Shown here: positions 1 through 13,520 of the stretch, in pieces | Position numbering within the stretch: the stretch's first letter is position 1 | How the letters are laid out: every line of letters begins with the position of its first letter | Assembly (NCBI RefSeq): GCF_001194135.2 | Contig: NC_068993.1 | Location: 52,501,861 to 52,565,860 of the forward strand | Origin: Octopus bimaculoides | Taxonomy: Eukaryota | Direction of reading: 5' to 3' | DNA: 64,000 nt | Translations under genes and position numbers: made by a program | The notes under the pieces: model-generated | Seen by the model: only the letters and a program-made list of their open reading frames with translations | What the model was told of the DNA's origin: nothing | Databases searched by the model: none

Positions 1-2
1 CA

Positions 3-157
3 TCTTTCAGTTTGTGTCTACCACATCCACTCACAAGGCTTTGGTTGGCCCTTGGCTGTAGTAGAAGACACTTGCCCAAGGTGCCATACAGTGGGACTGA
101 ACCCAGAACCATGTGGTTGGGAAGCAAACTTCTTACTGTACAGCCACACCTATGCCT
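3..157 (-). mobile_element. tRNA-derived CORE-like SINE (family B), 5' part
   Basis: The reverse complement carries an A/B-box head and the ccttgggcaagtgtcttct core shared with many copies in this window. Confidence 0.8.
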
Positions 158-917
158 ACTTGTATGTAGATTCATATTTAAAGGAAAATTAGAAAGGAAG
201 AAGAGTAAAATTAACATAGATTGTAGCTGAAACCACGATTAATGGGGTTGAAACACTGGGAAAATGCTGACGGAAAGTAATTTTCTGATCATGCTGGACA
301 TATCAGTGGTGATCCTTAGATTGACAAGTTTTAAAGTTTGACCACTTACTTTTAGACAGAATTTCCAGCACAGGTGGAACAGCAAGAAGACACAACAGTT
401 CTATACATATACATGTGAGACACATATACACATATAGAGTAACACATGTGGCCCTCCCCTGAGACTGAGATTCTGGTTTGATTACTGATTGGTGCCATTT
501 CACTTACATCACAAAAATCTTTGAAGTGGGTTTGAACGTCATAAACTCCCATTTGCTCCACCCATTAAAGTCCATAAGAGTAATCAATCATTAAGTGGTA
601 CTTCTAATCATGAAAGGTCATGCAATTGACTTCATTTATTGCTCCACTCATGCATGAGGGATGATAATTATTCTCATTTTATGTTTACATGTGTGTTCAT
701 GTATATAAATATGCAGTGGCGGTGATATGAATCTGTCAGGAGAGGGAAGTTACTTGCTAATTGATTCCAAGGCATTTCATTACACCTAGCTCTGTTAATA
801 CTGATTAAAATTTTAAAAATAAATCATGAAATATTTGCTAAATACCTCATCATCTGATATCAGAAATTTCAATGTAGTCAACACCTGTCTGTGTGCATAG
901 CGGTTTTCCATTTGGAT

Positions 918-1438
918 TTTACTACAGATTTGTCATTGCTATTAATACTATTATTATTAGTTCCAATATCCACATGGTTATTGTTAATACTATTGCTACT
1001 AACATTCAAGTCTGTTAAAAAATTTAGTTTCAAAACCAATTTAGAGTTATCCTCAATCTGAAATCACATGTTGAAACTGAAGCAACTACATCATGGATGA
1101 ACTATTTAATAGCATGTGAAACTGTTAAATTCACTTAAAATTTATTTCACAGACACAGTTCTAGGGACCATGTCATACTTCTGCCTTGAAAATTTCTGTA
1201 CATCATGGAATACATTTAAAGTGAATTTAACAGTTTCACACATTATTAAATAGCTCAGCCATGATGTAGTTCTTCTAGTTTCAACATTTGATTTCAGATT
1301 TGAAGATAACTCCAAACTGGTGCTAAAACTATATTCTTAATAGACTAGAATATTAGTAGCAATAGTATTAACAACAACCATTGTTGATAGTGGAACTAAT
1401 AATAATAGTCATAATAGCAATGACAGATCTGTAGTAAA
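918..1438. repeat. Long foldback inverted repeat (arms ~918-1140 and ~1215-1438)
   Basis: The arms are reverse complements along their length, e.g. ttactacagatttgtcattgct / agcaatgacagatctgtagtaa and tgtgaaactgttaaattcac / gtgaatttaacagtttcaca. Confidence 0.9.
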
Positions 1439-4169
1439 GTAGTATACATGGAAATTTCTTTATGACTTATCTATATGTATGTACATACATATATATATAT
1501 ATGAGCGCATTCATTCCTGACTTATGGACTCTTAGACAACTTACACATTATATATATAAATAATGTTTGTTTATATTATTGTTTTTATATTCTCATTAGT
1601 TGTCTTTATACGTGTGTGTTTTGTTTGTGTACATGCATGCACACACACACACACACACATATTAATATATAGAAGAATATGAGGGGTTTAGTTCACAGGT
1701 GATCTAAACGAATAGGTATGCTGAGTAAGTGCTGTAATTGGTCATCCATTAGGTTCCAAGTTCACAGCTGAGGCTGGAGCTAGCAATCTATATTAGGCTT
1801 CTGAGTTAGCAGGTATATATTATATTAGAGGAAGAAGGACAACAGAAAAAAAAGGACAGTTCTCCTTTTTTCTCTAATATATTAATGTATATATATATTC
1901 TATGATAGTGAGTGAGAAAACCAAATCCATATGAGAACATTACTTTGTATTTGCAAACACGATTTGGCAAATGTCTATACACCTGTCAAGTTGAGTTTAG
2001 AGGATAAGTTCAAATGCCATGGGAGAACAGGAATCTGATGTTTCAACACTGACACTTCATGTGAGAGAAAAGACATTTTTCAACTTTTGAATATTATTGT
2101 TTTCTCTCAAACAATGGATTTATCCCAAGACATCAAAATCCTCTTCCTTCCATGACATACAATTTATCTAAGCCAGTCAACTTTGCTGTGTAATATTTGC
2201 TGATATAAACTACTGCAACTTTCTTTAGATTCTGTCTTTTTCACATATCAGTTAGTATAGTCAATACTGTGAGGAAGGCAAATATATTTCATGAATCAGT
2301 TCCAAATTTTTGGCACGGAGCCAGCAGTTTTTTTGAAGGGGTGGAGAGACAATTACTCTGACCCCCAGTACTTGACTGGTGTTTTTGTTATTGACCCTGA
2401 AATGATGAAAGACAAAGTCAACCTTGGAGGAATTTGAACTCAGAACATAAAGACATGTTGCTAAGCATTTTGTCTGGCATGCTAACGATTTTGCCAGCTT
2501 GTCACCTTTATGTCATCATCATCATTTAATGTCCACTTTCCAGGCAGTGCACTGCCTTTATATATCTAATCAAAATCAAATCAAATCACAATCAAATGGA
2601 AATTGTAGTTGTGGCTGATACCAGTGCTGGTAGCACGCAATAAGCACCATTCATGTGTGGGTCATTGCCAGAGCCATCTGACTGGCTCCCCGTGTCAATA
2701 GCATTTAAAAAGCACCATCTGAATGTGGTCGATGCCAGCTCTACTGCCCCAACTGAATATAATGAGGATTTATGATATTCTTTAATGATGACCATACTAA
2801 CATGCAATAATAGCCATGACTCCAAGTTTCCTCTAAAGGTGATCATGTACACTCATCAGGTGGGCAAGTTATAGACCTAAATTTATANNNNNNNNNNNNN
2901 NNNNNNNNNNNNNNNNNNNNNNNNNNNNNNNNNNNNNNNNNNNNNNNNNNNNNNNNNNNNNNNNNNNNNNNNNNNNNNNNNNNNNNNNNNNNNNNNNNNN
3001 NNNNNNNNNNNNNNNNNNNNNNNNNNNNNNNNNNNNNNNNNNNNNNNNNNNNNNNNNNNNNNNNNNNNNNNNNNNNNNNNNNNNNNNNNNNNNNNNNNNN
3101 NNNNNNNNNNNNNNNNNNNNNNNNNNNNNNNNNNNNNNNNNNNNNNNNNNNNNNNNNNNNNNNNNNNNNNNNNNNNNNNNNNNNNNNNNNNNNNNNNNNN
3201 NNNNNNNNNNNNNNNNNNNNNNNNNNNNATATATATATATATATATATAGGTAGGTAGTATATCTTGTATATACAAATAGATGTATGACTGCAACTATTA
3301 AGTTTCAAGCTTCACATAGGTTTATTTGCTTCCAGTATAGTGGTTTGATTACTACTATACTTTGTTGTATTACTAGTTATGATATACAGAGCAAATGTAG
3401 GAGAAATTATGGTGAACACAAGTTTGTATCATTTATTCCTGTGTATGTTTCACCATTGTGATTGAAATGTAACTTTTCATTGGATGTTCCAAGTGTGTAG
3501 GAACAGACGATATGAACTTGTGTTAATTGTAATTTCTCCTATATATGTGTATGTGTGTGTGTGTGTGTGTCTTTTTGCATAGCTATGGATAATAGAGCCT
3601 ATTATATGCAGTGCATTTCATATCTATGGATATACATCATGATGTGTATCTAAAGCTATATATCTTACAATATATATAAGACTATATATTTTATATATCT
3701 ACTGTATAATTGATTATATGTATTATTTTATAAGCTATTGTATGCCTAATCTAAATTACTTATGGTGTATCTATAGCCATTTATTTTAGTAGCCAGTGTA
3801 GATATCTCAGTAGATAGTTTTTATCAGAAGACACCAAAAGGCTAGTGGTTCATGTTTTTCAGTCTACCTAGTTCTAACTAAATGCTGTGTGTGGCTTTAA
3901 GTACCAGCAGCACTTTAGTTTGTTGGCTTTACAATACTGATTTCAATTATTTTCTTGGAAAAATCTACTTGTAATAATCCAAGGAGATTTATCTTTCCTC
4001 TAGTTATTATCTTAGAAATAGAAATCAATTCCCACCTATAAATTCTTATGCCCTGGAATTCTTTATCGTATTACATATCTTTAGTTATACAGTATATTTT
4101 AATATCTATAGCTTCAAGTTTTATTGTCTATTTACATTTATGATTTTTGTATATCTTTATCCATACACA

Positions 4170-4206
<37 letters not shown>

Positions 4207-5271
4207 TACATACATGCCTACATGCATATTGCTGTACAACTTATCATGTAGCTATGGTTTAATATCCAAAAACAACCAATCAAAGCCCTCTAAATTCTGT
4301 GAATATGGCTTCATCTATGTAATTCAACTTGCCAATATAAGCCCTGCCATTGACTTCCAAGACACCATTTTTTTGTTTATGATGTAAAATAGTAGTAATC
4401 ATAAGTGCAACCACTGATGTGAGAGTTCTTGTAATCAAAGATTTTAAAGAACACGAAATGAAATTCAGTCAGCAAGTTCAGATAACCTGATTTTACATTA
4501 ATGGCTGTGATAATTGATAACCTTAAGAGTAACCTCGAGGAAATGGGCAAACCTTATGATAGCTATGTACCTTAAATTATACATTGAGCAAGTTGCAGAA
4601 AGTGTTGTCATAAAACCTAGCATAAATTTTATTGCCTTCTTTTTTATTAATAATCAAGAATTGTAAAAATATCTTGCTCCAAGAATAGAAGCAAAATAGC
4701 AGTGGATAAGTTTTATGGTATAGATTAGCAGTTGTTTATATATTTTTTTTCATCCGACATTGTTGCTTGTGTTTAATGCTAAACATTTTATTTTAATCTT
4801 TGGCATATTTCTTTGTCACATCTGTACCATATTAACTTATTTCTTTGTCATGTGCGTAGCAACATAGGAATATATTGTTTTTACATGTACAGGAATATCC
4901 AGCTCTGCTATTGGTTAATCAAGGGCACAAACAGTCTAGTGTCTTTTCACCATATAATTGTTGGTTAGCTTTTGAACTTTTGTTAATTCAGTATCCTTCA
5001 TCTGCATTAAGAAAGGAAGTATTAAATATTTTTTTCCAGGAACCATATCAATGGCTGCTACTATGGCAGTTCTAGTTCTTCTTTCTTGATAACTGAAAAG
5101 TTGACTTTTTAATTTTTATTTATGTTTTTTTTTTTTTATATTATGGAATAAGTTTCAAACTGTGAGTGAGTGCTGATAAGTTAAAGACAGTCTCAGATGT
5201 GAACATAAGTCCATGTCATGATTAAGTGATAATATAATTATATGCTATAATAGTGCACATCTTATATTTTA

Positions 5272-5618
5272 TTTATTTTTGACTTGTTTCAGTCGCTAGA
5301 CTGTGGCCATGCTAGGGCACCACCTTGAAGAATTTTAGTTGAATGAATCAACCTCAGTACTTATTTTTTTTCTCAAACACCTAAGTTATGGGGACGTAAA
5401 CACACCAACACCAGTTGCCAAGTGGTGGTGGGAGAATGAAAAACACAAACACATATATACGACAGGTTTCTTTCTGTTTCTGTCTCCCAAACTCATTCAC
5501 AAGGCTTTGGTTGAACTGAGGCTATAGTGGACGATGCTTGTCCAACGCGCCATGCAGTGAGACTGAACCCAGAACCATATGGTTGGGAAGTAAACCTTTT
5601 CACTCACAGCCACTCCTC
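5272..5618 (-). mobile_element. SINE family B copy
   Basis: Same head, core and gactgaaacaagt tail as the other copies. Confidence 0.8.
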
Positions 5619-6000
5619 ACATATAAACATAAAATTAATTTATTAATTTATTTCTGCTGGATAGCCCATGGCAGATTGGGATTCTATTTTTTTGATTTTT
5701 ACCAGAGATTATAATGATGGAATTAGTAATTAACATTCATAAATTATGATAATTGATTATGTATTTGGTTTGCAAGATTCTTGATGTGAAATTGTGTGTT
5801 GAAACATGCATGTCATTGAAGAGGTCTCAAATGGCAATGAAAGCACTCTGACAAAGCGAACTAACTTGTAAAAGAAAAATATTCAGCAACAGCCGGTCAT
5901 CTGTCTATCAATGGCATAAGTACATGGCGTAACACATCTGTTTCTGAGAAAGTAAGGTGCTTTGACTGCTATATCTAGCAAATTGAATGACCATATAGAG

Positions 6001-6349
6001 CAGGAGTTCTCAACCATTTTTTACCTATGGACCACTTTGATTACTATTTTATTTTTGGTGGACCCCAATAGCCTTTCGATGTTTAAATATTAGTTTTACA
6101 GAAACTTCTTTCAAAATTCCTATTTTGTTTTTCACACATTAACTTCCATAGATTGAACTCTATAAAGTGTGAGAGAAAGAAACCTGGCTATTTTTTACAA
6201 TATATATTAATATATGCATCTAAAGCAAAATTTTTTCAGTGACCCATAAAATATTATTGTGGATCCCCAATTTACTATTCAGTTGTGTGAACCCCAAAAC
6301 ACTTACATAGACCCTCAGGGGCCATATTGGCCCTGGTTGAGAACCACTA
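6001..6349. mobile_element. hAT (Charlie-like) MITE
   Basis: TIRs caggagttctcaacc / ggttgagaaccacta; degenerate 8-bp TSD atatagag/atgtagaa. Homologous to 54759-55078. Confidence 0.75.
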
Positions 6350-7282
6350 ATGTAGAAGCTCCTCTGTTGATTCCTATCTATGTGATTGTATGAGATGATT
6401 TAGCATTAAAATTTAAACAAAAGGAAAATAGAAACTTTCAATATAAAATAACATTAATAATTAGATCATTATCTCTTACAACTGTATATCATAGACATAC
6501 TTTTTCCAAAGGCCTGGATCAGTCTTCAAACTGAGAAATTTGCATAAATTGTTGGTGTGTCTCTCTCTTCAGTTGGTTGCCATCCATTCTTAAACTATAA
6601 ATATTCAACCTTAAAATGGCATTGATATTCTCTTTTCTTAGTTTTTACCTTCTTTTTTCTTGGTTTGATTATTTACTGAGTCATTGAGTCATTTTTGAGT
6701 ATGTGGTTTTGAGTACTGGTTTTGAGTTGTTGGTCTTTTTTGCTCAGTAGTTTTAACACCTTAATTACAAGCATGTTAACTATAGTCAGTAGGTCCCTAA
6801 AACACAAACAACTGATATAAGCATTGAGCTTCTACTTTGTTTTTATCTGGCTTTAAAACCCATTAATAGACAAATGTCACTGATACTAAATGAAAGTAGA
6901 GGTTTGGGTTGGAATGATTGGTTTTTAAATGATGTTTTCTTTGCTAATATAGAAATGTGATTGTCAATGACTAAAAATTTTAAAAACTTCATATTTAGTA
7001 AACTAAAACTAAGCAAAAAAAAATTTTTTTAATAATGAATTCTTTGCATATTTTTCTTTATAACTCCTTAAATTCAATTTCAAATTTCTAATCCCATTTC
7101 ATATTATCATGAAATGATTATCTCCCTTGTAATAGCTCTGACTATTAGAGGGATCACCTATGCTAAAATATGAACTTTATTTCATCTGTTCCTTTTTTAA
7201 AATTGGAAAATTGTTTTGTTTCCAGCTTCTACTATTTCTTTACTATTTCTACTATCTTAGCAATGTTTCTAGTAAGATTGCT

Positions 7283-7394
<112 letters not shown>

Positions 7395-9145
7395 CTCTCT
7401 CTATCATACACAAATATTCACTGACAGCCACCACACTGAATTCTTCTTTAGTCTGCTTTTCTACTGCTCTTATTTTTAAAATATTCTTTTATTTCACTTT
7501 GCTCATTTTGCACTTGCTTCTTATCTTCAATTGTGCTGATCCAAGTAACTCACACATTAGGCTTTTTTCCTCACTGATTATGTCACATTCTTATCATTTT
7601 CTTTAATGCATATATTCAAAGGAATTACTAGTTCTGTCTCGATGAAGTAGAAAGCATGGTTCAACTGTTTGTTTATTAAGTTTAATATTTAAATTTGGGT
7701 CTCTTCATCTTTTAATACTACTACACAAGAGTTCATACAAATTTAAATTAACTAAATATCTTAACCCATTAATGTCAAACTTGAAACAATGTAAAAGCAA
7801 CCAAATCTGTAAATAAATCATACTTAATTAGCCAGATAACATGCTTTAATTACTAATACTTAAAGTAGCAGAACGTTTAATCTGAACTGAAATGAAGATT
7901 AAATTGTAAAATAAAAATTAAAGTGTAATACTTCAACAACATCAATCAATACATTTAAAGGCAGGTTAACAGGTCACAAAATGCTGGAGTGATATTATTT
8001 CGGTGATAAATTGAACAGAAGATTACTGCTGTGCACTGTTCAAATCCTACCAAGATCAAATTAATTTCTCCACAACCAACAACCACCAGTAATATTCTAA
8101 GAAAAATAGTCAAATACCAGAACAAATTTAATATGTTGTGTTTATGGGGTTACCACTAGATTCTTAACTAACCCCTATCTTTTTGGTACTCTCCAGCAGT
8201 AAAACTATTCACCTAATCTATCTACTTTTACTTCTTTCTTCCTCAATACATAAAACAGAAACAGGAAAAGTTTTTGCTTTGAGTTCTTTTTTTTTTTTTT
8301 TGACATTTTAATAACAGATTTTTTCATGATTCAGATATTTTTTTTTTTTCCTGAATTCTTTGAGGAAATTTATTATACAGGTGGATGTCATTCTGAACAG
8401 CAGTTACACAAGAGAAGTTGTCCATTTATCTTCCAGAAGTATTCTTTATTACTGAGATTAACTCAGTGACTCAATACTAGCTGTTGTTGCTGCTGCCGCT
8501 GCTACAGCTGCTGTTTTGGTACAAAGTGAACCAATAGTTTATGTATACAGATGTTTCAACATTCTAACCATTCATCTAAGTTAAAAATTAAAAAAAATTC
8601 TAAAACAGTGTCTTTTCTTAACATGAATAAAAATGGAATAACGAAGACCAGTTCTACAAGTATTTTGTCAGCAAATTGAAATGAAAAGTTGATTTTTATG
8701 TATCTGAATGTTACTCCCATAGTAATAACATTATTTATACACACAAGATGATGATGACGGTGATGATGCTTGTGACAATGACAATAACTTTGGCAAAGAG
8801 CAATGAAGCAGTAGTTGTGTTGATTATGATAACAGTTGCGGTTGTAACAAAGAATTCTTGTCTGCTTTAGCAAAGTTACACAGTAGCTAGTTGGTGTTTT
8901 CCCGACCTTGTAACCAAAAACGGTTCAATATATGACTTGTATTATAAAATGAAGTTTGTTGCTAGAAGAATGAACTCTTCTTGGATGAAAGACTGCTTAA
9001 ATATTTTACTGGCTTTAAGGACATAATCAAGAAAATATCAATATTTCCTGCCTGTTTTACTATAAGACATGCCATATCTTCTGATATGATATAATATTTT
9101 TGAAAGTAAAACTAGTTAACACTACTTATGTGTTTGGTATTTCAG

Positions 9146-9220
9146 AATGAAAATGAACATAGTACATTTGGAGTGGCCCTTAAGGGAAAAGAACCAATCT
9201 CTGAAAAAGACATACCAAAT
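9146..9220 (+). CDS. PDE2A: PDE2A exon (GAF-A): [25 protein letters not shown]
   Basis: tttcag acceptor, gtaagt donor, 75 nt, phase 0-0. Aligns to the vertebrate GAF-A segment LGQVVEDKKSIQLKDLTS and joins in frame to the next exon. Confidence 0.8.
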
Positions 9221-10216
9221 GTAAGTATAAGATTTTATCATTTTTGTGTTAAATATTGTTTCATCTTGGTTGTGATGTAGTGTTCCATCCTGACTTTTTT
9301 GGGGGTCAGAAAATATTTAAATTGTTACATCAAAGTATTCCTCCAATATCTGGAAATATGCTGCTATGACATATATATGCTGACAGCTGGGACTACATTC
9401 TTGCCAACACACCAGTCTCTGACTCACAGCTGTGTTAGCTTCACTACTTTTCTCTTGCCTCTATAATAGCCTCTGCTCCTCACAACTGCTGACCTCATAC
9501 CACAGCCATTCAGACACCCACCACCAACTCATCTCTCCTCCTCTCATCACTCATATTGTGTTCACCACTCTAAATTCCACACTAAATGCTACACCAAACC
9601 TTTCCTCCTCAGATGTCTTTCCTGTGGAATTCCCTCCCGGCCAGTTTTTCTTTTTTTTCCACAGCCACCAACTTTCAACCCTTCCAGAGGAATGTTAGCT
9701 GTGTTTATCCCACCAGTAACAAAGAGCCTGTGGAAGCCATAGGTAAAACCTCTTCCTCTGAGCCAGGGACACAACCTCTTCCTTCAGGTTAAACTAATGA
9801 AAATAAAATCAGGCTTTAAATGATATTTTTGGTTTTCTTATTTTTACAAGCTTCATCTCTGGAGAATAAAGAATACTAAGAAATAAGATTACTGAGATGA
9901 ATTAGCAGCATTTACACTGTAAAATATGAGGTTGTTTAAAATCAAGTAGTTACCTTAACTAGAGTAAAATCATTACAATTGTACACATGATTGACCCAAA
10001 GGCTACCTGTATGTATGTTATACTTAACTATACTCTACCTTTTAATTGTTTCAGTCATTGGACTGCAGCCATGCTAGTGTACTGTTTTGGAGGGTTTAGT
10101 TGAGCAGGTCAACCCCAATACTTATTTTCTAAGTCTGGTACTTACTCTGTCAATTTCTTTTTCCAGAAATCTCGACAAACCAATACCAGTTGCCAAGTGA
10201 TGTTGGGGGCAAGCAC

Positions 10217-10295
<79 letters not shown>

Positions 10296-13200
10296 GATGG
10301 GCTTCTTTCAGTTTCCATCTACCAAATCCATTCACAAGGCTTTAGTTAGCTTGGGGCTATATTGTAGGGGACTCATGCCCAAGGTGCCATGCAGTGGGAC
10401 TGAACCCAGACTTATGTGGTTGGGAAACAAACTTCTTACCACACAGCAATGCCTGTGTCAAGGAAAATTACTAATGGTATATCATTTGAGTGATAAACTT
10501 AATCTTTACTTGATTTAACACCACCACCTAGGCTTTAGGTGGCTTTATCAAAATCTGTTCCATTGCAAGCATTCAAACCAGGGTTCCAGTCTAGTATAAG
10601 GAATGGAAGGTATCCAAGATTAGTAGGAGAAAGAGAGAAAATTATACTGTCTTGTAAAAGATCCATGGTACTACCTTTCTACTTTTGAGTAAGCCATAAC
10701 AACAGCCTGTTTAATTGATTAAAGCTGTTTATCATTTAGTTTTGCAATTAGAAAAATGATTATTAAAACTAGTAATTAGTTTGTTAAATAAACATTTTAT
10801 CTGAGTGTAAATTGATCTCAAATACAATTATCTGTTCTTCTAAACAATGTTAAATTACTCTTTTGTTTTAATACTGTAACATATTCAATAATATCCTTCC
10901 TCTATTATTTAGTTAATCAATATAAAATTGTTATTCTGATTATCTCATGTAAATTCAACATAAGGTCTTATGATATTTTAATATAAATATCCATTTAAAT
11001 ATCATTTCTTATCGTATTCATTTTAATTTAGTCTTTTGTGTTAAGTGCCCATACAAAACCCATTATGTATTCTGGTATTGATTATGCAACACATTGTCTA
11101 GATACATGAACAAAACCCAGTATAAAAGTTAATATTGGCAAACCTGGAATATTTAAATTGTATATATATTTAGATATTTAAATCTAATATTTCAAACAAT
11201 TGAGCACTTCTAGAAGATGTATTGTGTAATTTACCTTAAAGCAAGTATATAATTTATTTACTTTTTAAAATTTTATTTTGGATATTTCAAAGAATGAAGG
11301 CACATGGATGGCCCAGTGGTTAGGGTGTTGTACTCAAGAATCACAATGTCATGGTTTCGATTCCTGGACCAGGTAGCACATAGTATTCTTGAACAAAACA
11401 CTTTATTCAAATGTAAATGAATAACACTTCAATGGATGGGTGTCCTGTTCCAGGAGAATTTGTGATCTTGGTCACTTTGTACACCATGGAAACTAGGTAA
11501 CCTGGAATTCAAGACAGTAATGTGCAGTGGTCAATGATGATGATGATAATGATAATAAAGAGTCACTTTTACAAATACATGGTAGAAAATCAAGTATAAA
11601 ACATGTGATAGAATTCTGGAAATTTCTGTTGCAAAATATGCTGTGAAATTCCTCTGTTGCCTGGGAAAATATCCATCTGCTGGAACATGCCTGTGAATGA
11701 ATGATTTTAACTTGTTTACTACCACAACCTGTTACTGGACCCTACCACATATTTCGCACAGTTACACTGCATACCTCTACAGCCTGTTACCTTACTACGT
11801 GTTTCACATGGTTACACTGCATACTGTTTAAATACAAGAAAATGTAATTTGGTTTTGCATTGTTACAATATTTCATAATTAAACTTTAATATTTAGCTCT
11901 CATGTTATTTAAATATCCTCGAAATAATACCAAAAATACAGAATAAAATGTTTTCTCAAATTATGAAAACATATCACTGGTGATGCATATAGCAGTTGAC
12001 AGAATCATTTGCATGCTGGGAAAAATGCTTAGTGGTATTTTGTCCATATTTACACATTCTGAGTTCAAATTCTGCCAAGGTCCACTTTGCCTTTCATCTA
12101 TTTGGAGTCAATAAAACAAGTACCAGTCAATCACTGGGGTCAATGTTGAATTCCAGCCATTATACACCATGTTAGAAGACGCTTGTTCTAATATGGTGTA
12201 TAATGGCTGGAAATAGACCAAGATTATGGATTGTATTCTCTCATCTCAGAATTGGTGTATTGTCATTTCCACAATCTATTCCTCACAATTCACCCACCAA
12301 GCTGTTAAAAATAAACTCTTCTGCTTAGAAATACAGGAAACTCTAGCTGGAGATTTGAACTCGTGACACATTGGCATGTAACCCAGTATCTTACCTACAC
12401 AACTACTTCACCTCTACATGTATTTCTATGCTGAAATATATACTATGTCCCGAGAATGTTTATCTTATGTGTAATCATACAATGTGATAGAACAAGGAAG
12501 GGTAAGAATTTATTTGGAAACTATTTGCTGCCAACAGGAACAACAACAATAACAACAACAACACTGCTACTTTACTAATGTTGCTATACTGACATCCTGC
12601 ATCCACTATCAAGAAGATAAATTAGCATCTATGATAGAAATAAATAGCAATTTTTATTATCAGGAAACTTAATTTGATCAATTGAATTAGAGTTTCATTG
12701 CAATTATTTACATCCCACTCTTCACCACCAACGCTACCATTAGTACTACTACTACCATTGATCTCTTTTCCTTTCCTTTTTTTTTTTTCTTTTTTGTTTT
12801 GTTATTGATTTATTTGTTGCACTCTTTTGCAAACACCAAACTCAATAAAAGATGGAAAGAAAAATACAACTGACAATAAATATCTAAATTTATCTGCAAG
12901 TATTGAGAAACACGTCTTCCTGGGATAAATTTTGTTTTCTTGCAATACTTGCAGAACTAATGATTGGAAACAAAACATTGCCAGTACACAGTTGGTACCA
13001 TTCCACACTAATCGAATGTCTCAGAAGAAAACTCAAGCAAATTTCTTAATGGCTCATGAAAAAGATTTCATTCTTTCTCTTTTATTTTTTCCCCCCCACT
13101 ATTTTTNNNNNNNNNNNNNNNNNNNNNNNNNNNNNNNNNNNNNNNNNNNNNNNNNNNNNNNNNNNNNNNNNNNNNNNNNNNNNNNNNNNNNNNNNNNNNN

Positions 13201-13461
13201 NNNNNNNNNNNNNNNNNNNNNNNNNNNNNNNNNNNNNNNNNNNNNNNNNNNNNNNNNNNNNNNNNNNNNNNNNNNNNNNNNNNNNNNNNNNNNNNNNNNN
13301 NNNNNNNNNNNNNNNNNNNNNNNNNNNNNNNNNNNNNNNNNNNNNNNNNNNNNNNNNNNNNNNNNNNNNNNNNNNNNNNNNNNNNNNNNNNNNNNNNNNN
13401 NNNNNNNNNNNNNNNNNNNNNNNNNNNNNNNNNNNNNNNNNNNNNNNNNNNNNNNNNNNNN

Positions 13462-13520
<59 letters not shown>

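Noticed and set aside
4893-4964. Possible upstream GAF-A exon (EYPALLLVNQGHKQSS, faintly like CLLLVSEDNLQLS)
   Set aside because: Similarity is limited to LLLV, there is no convincing in-phase donor, and it cannot be linked to exon 9146.
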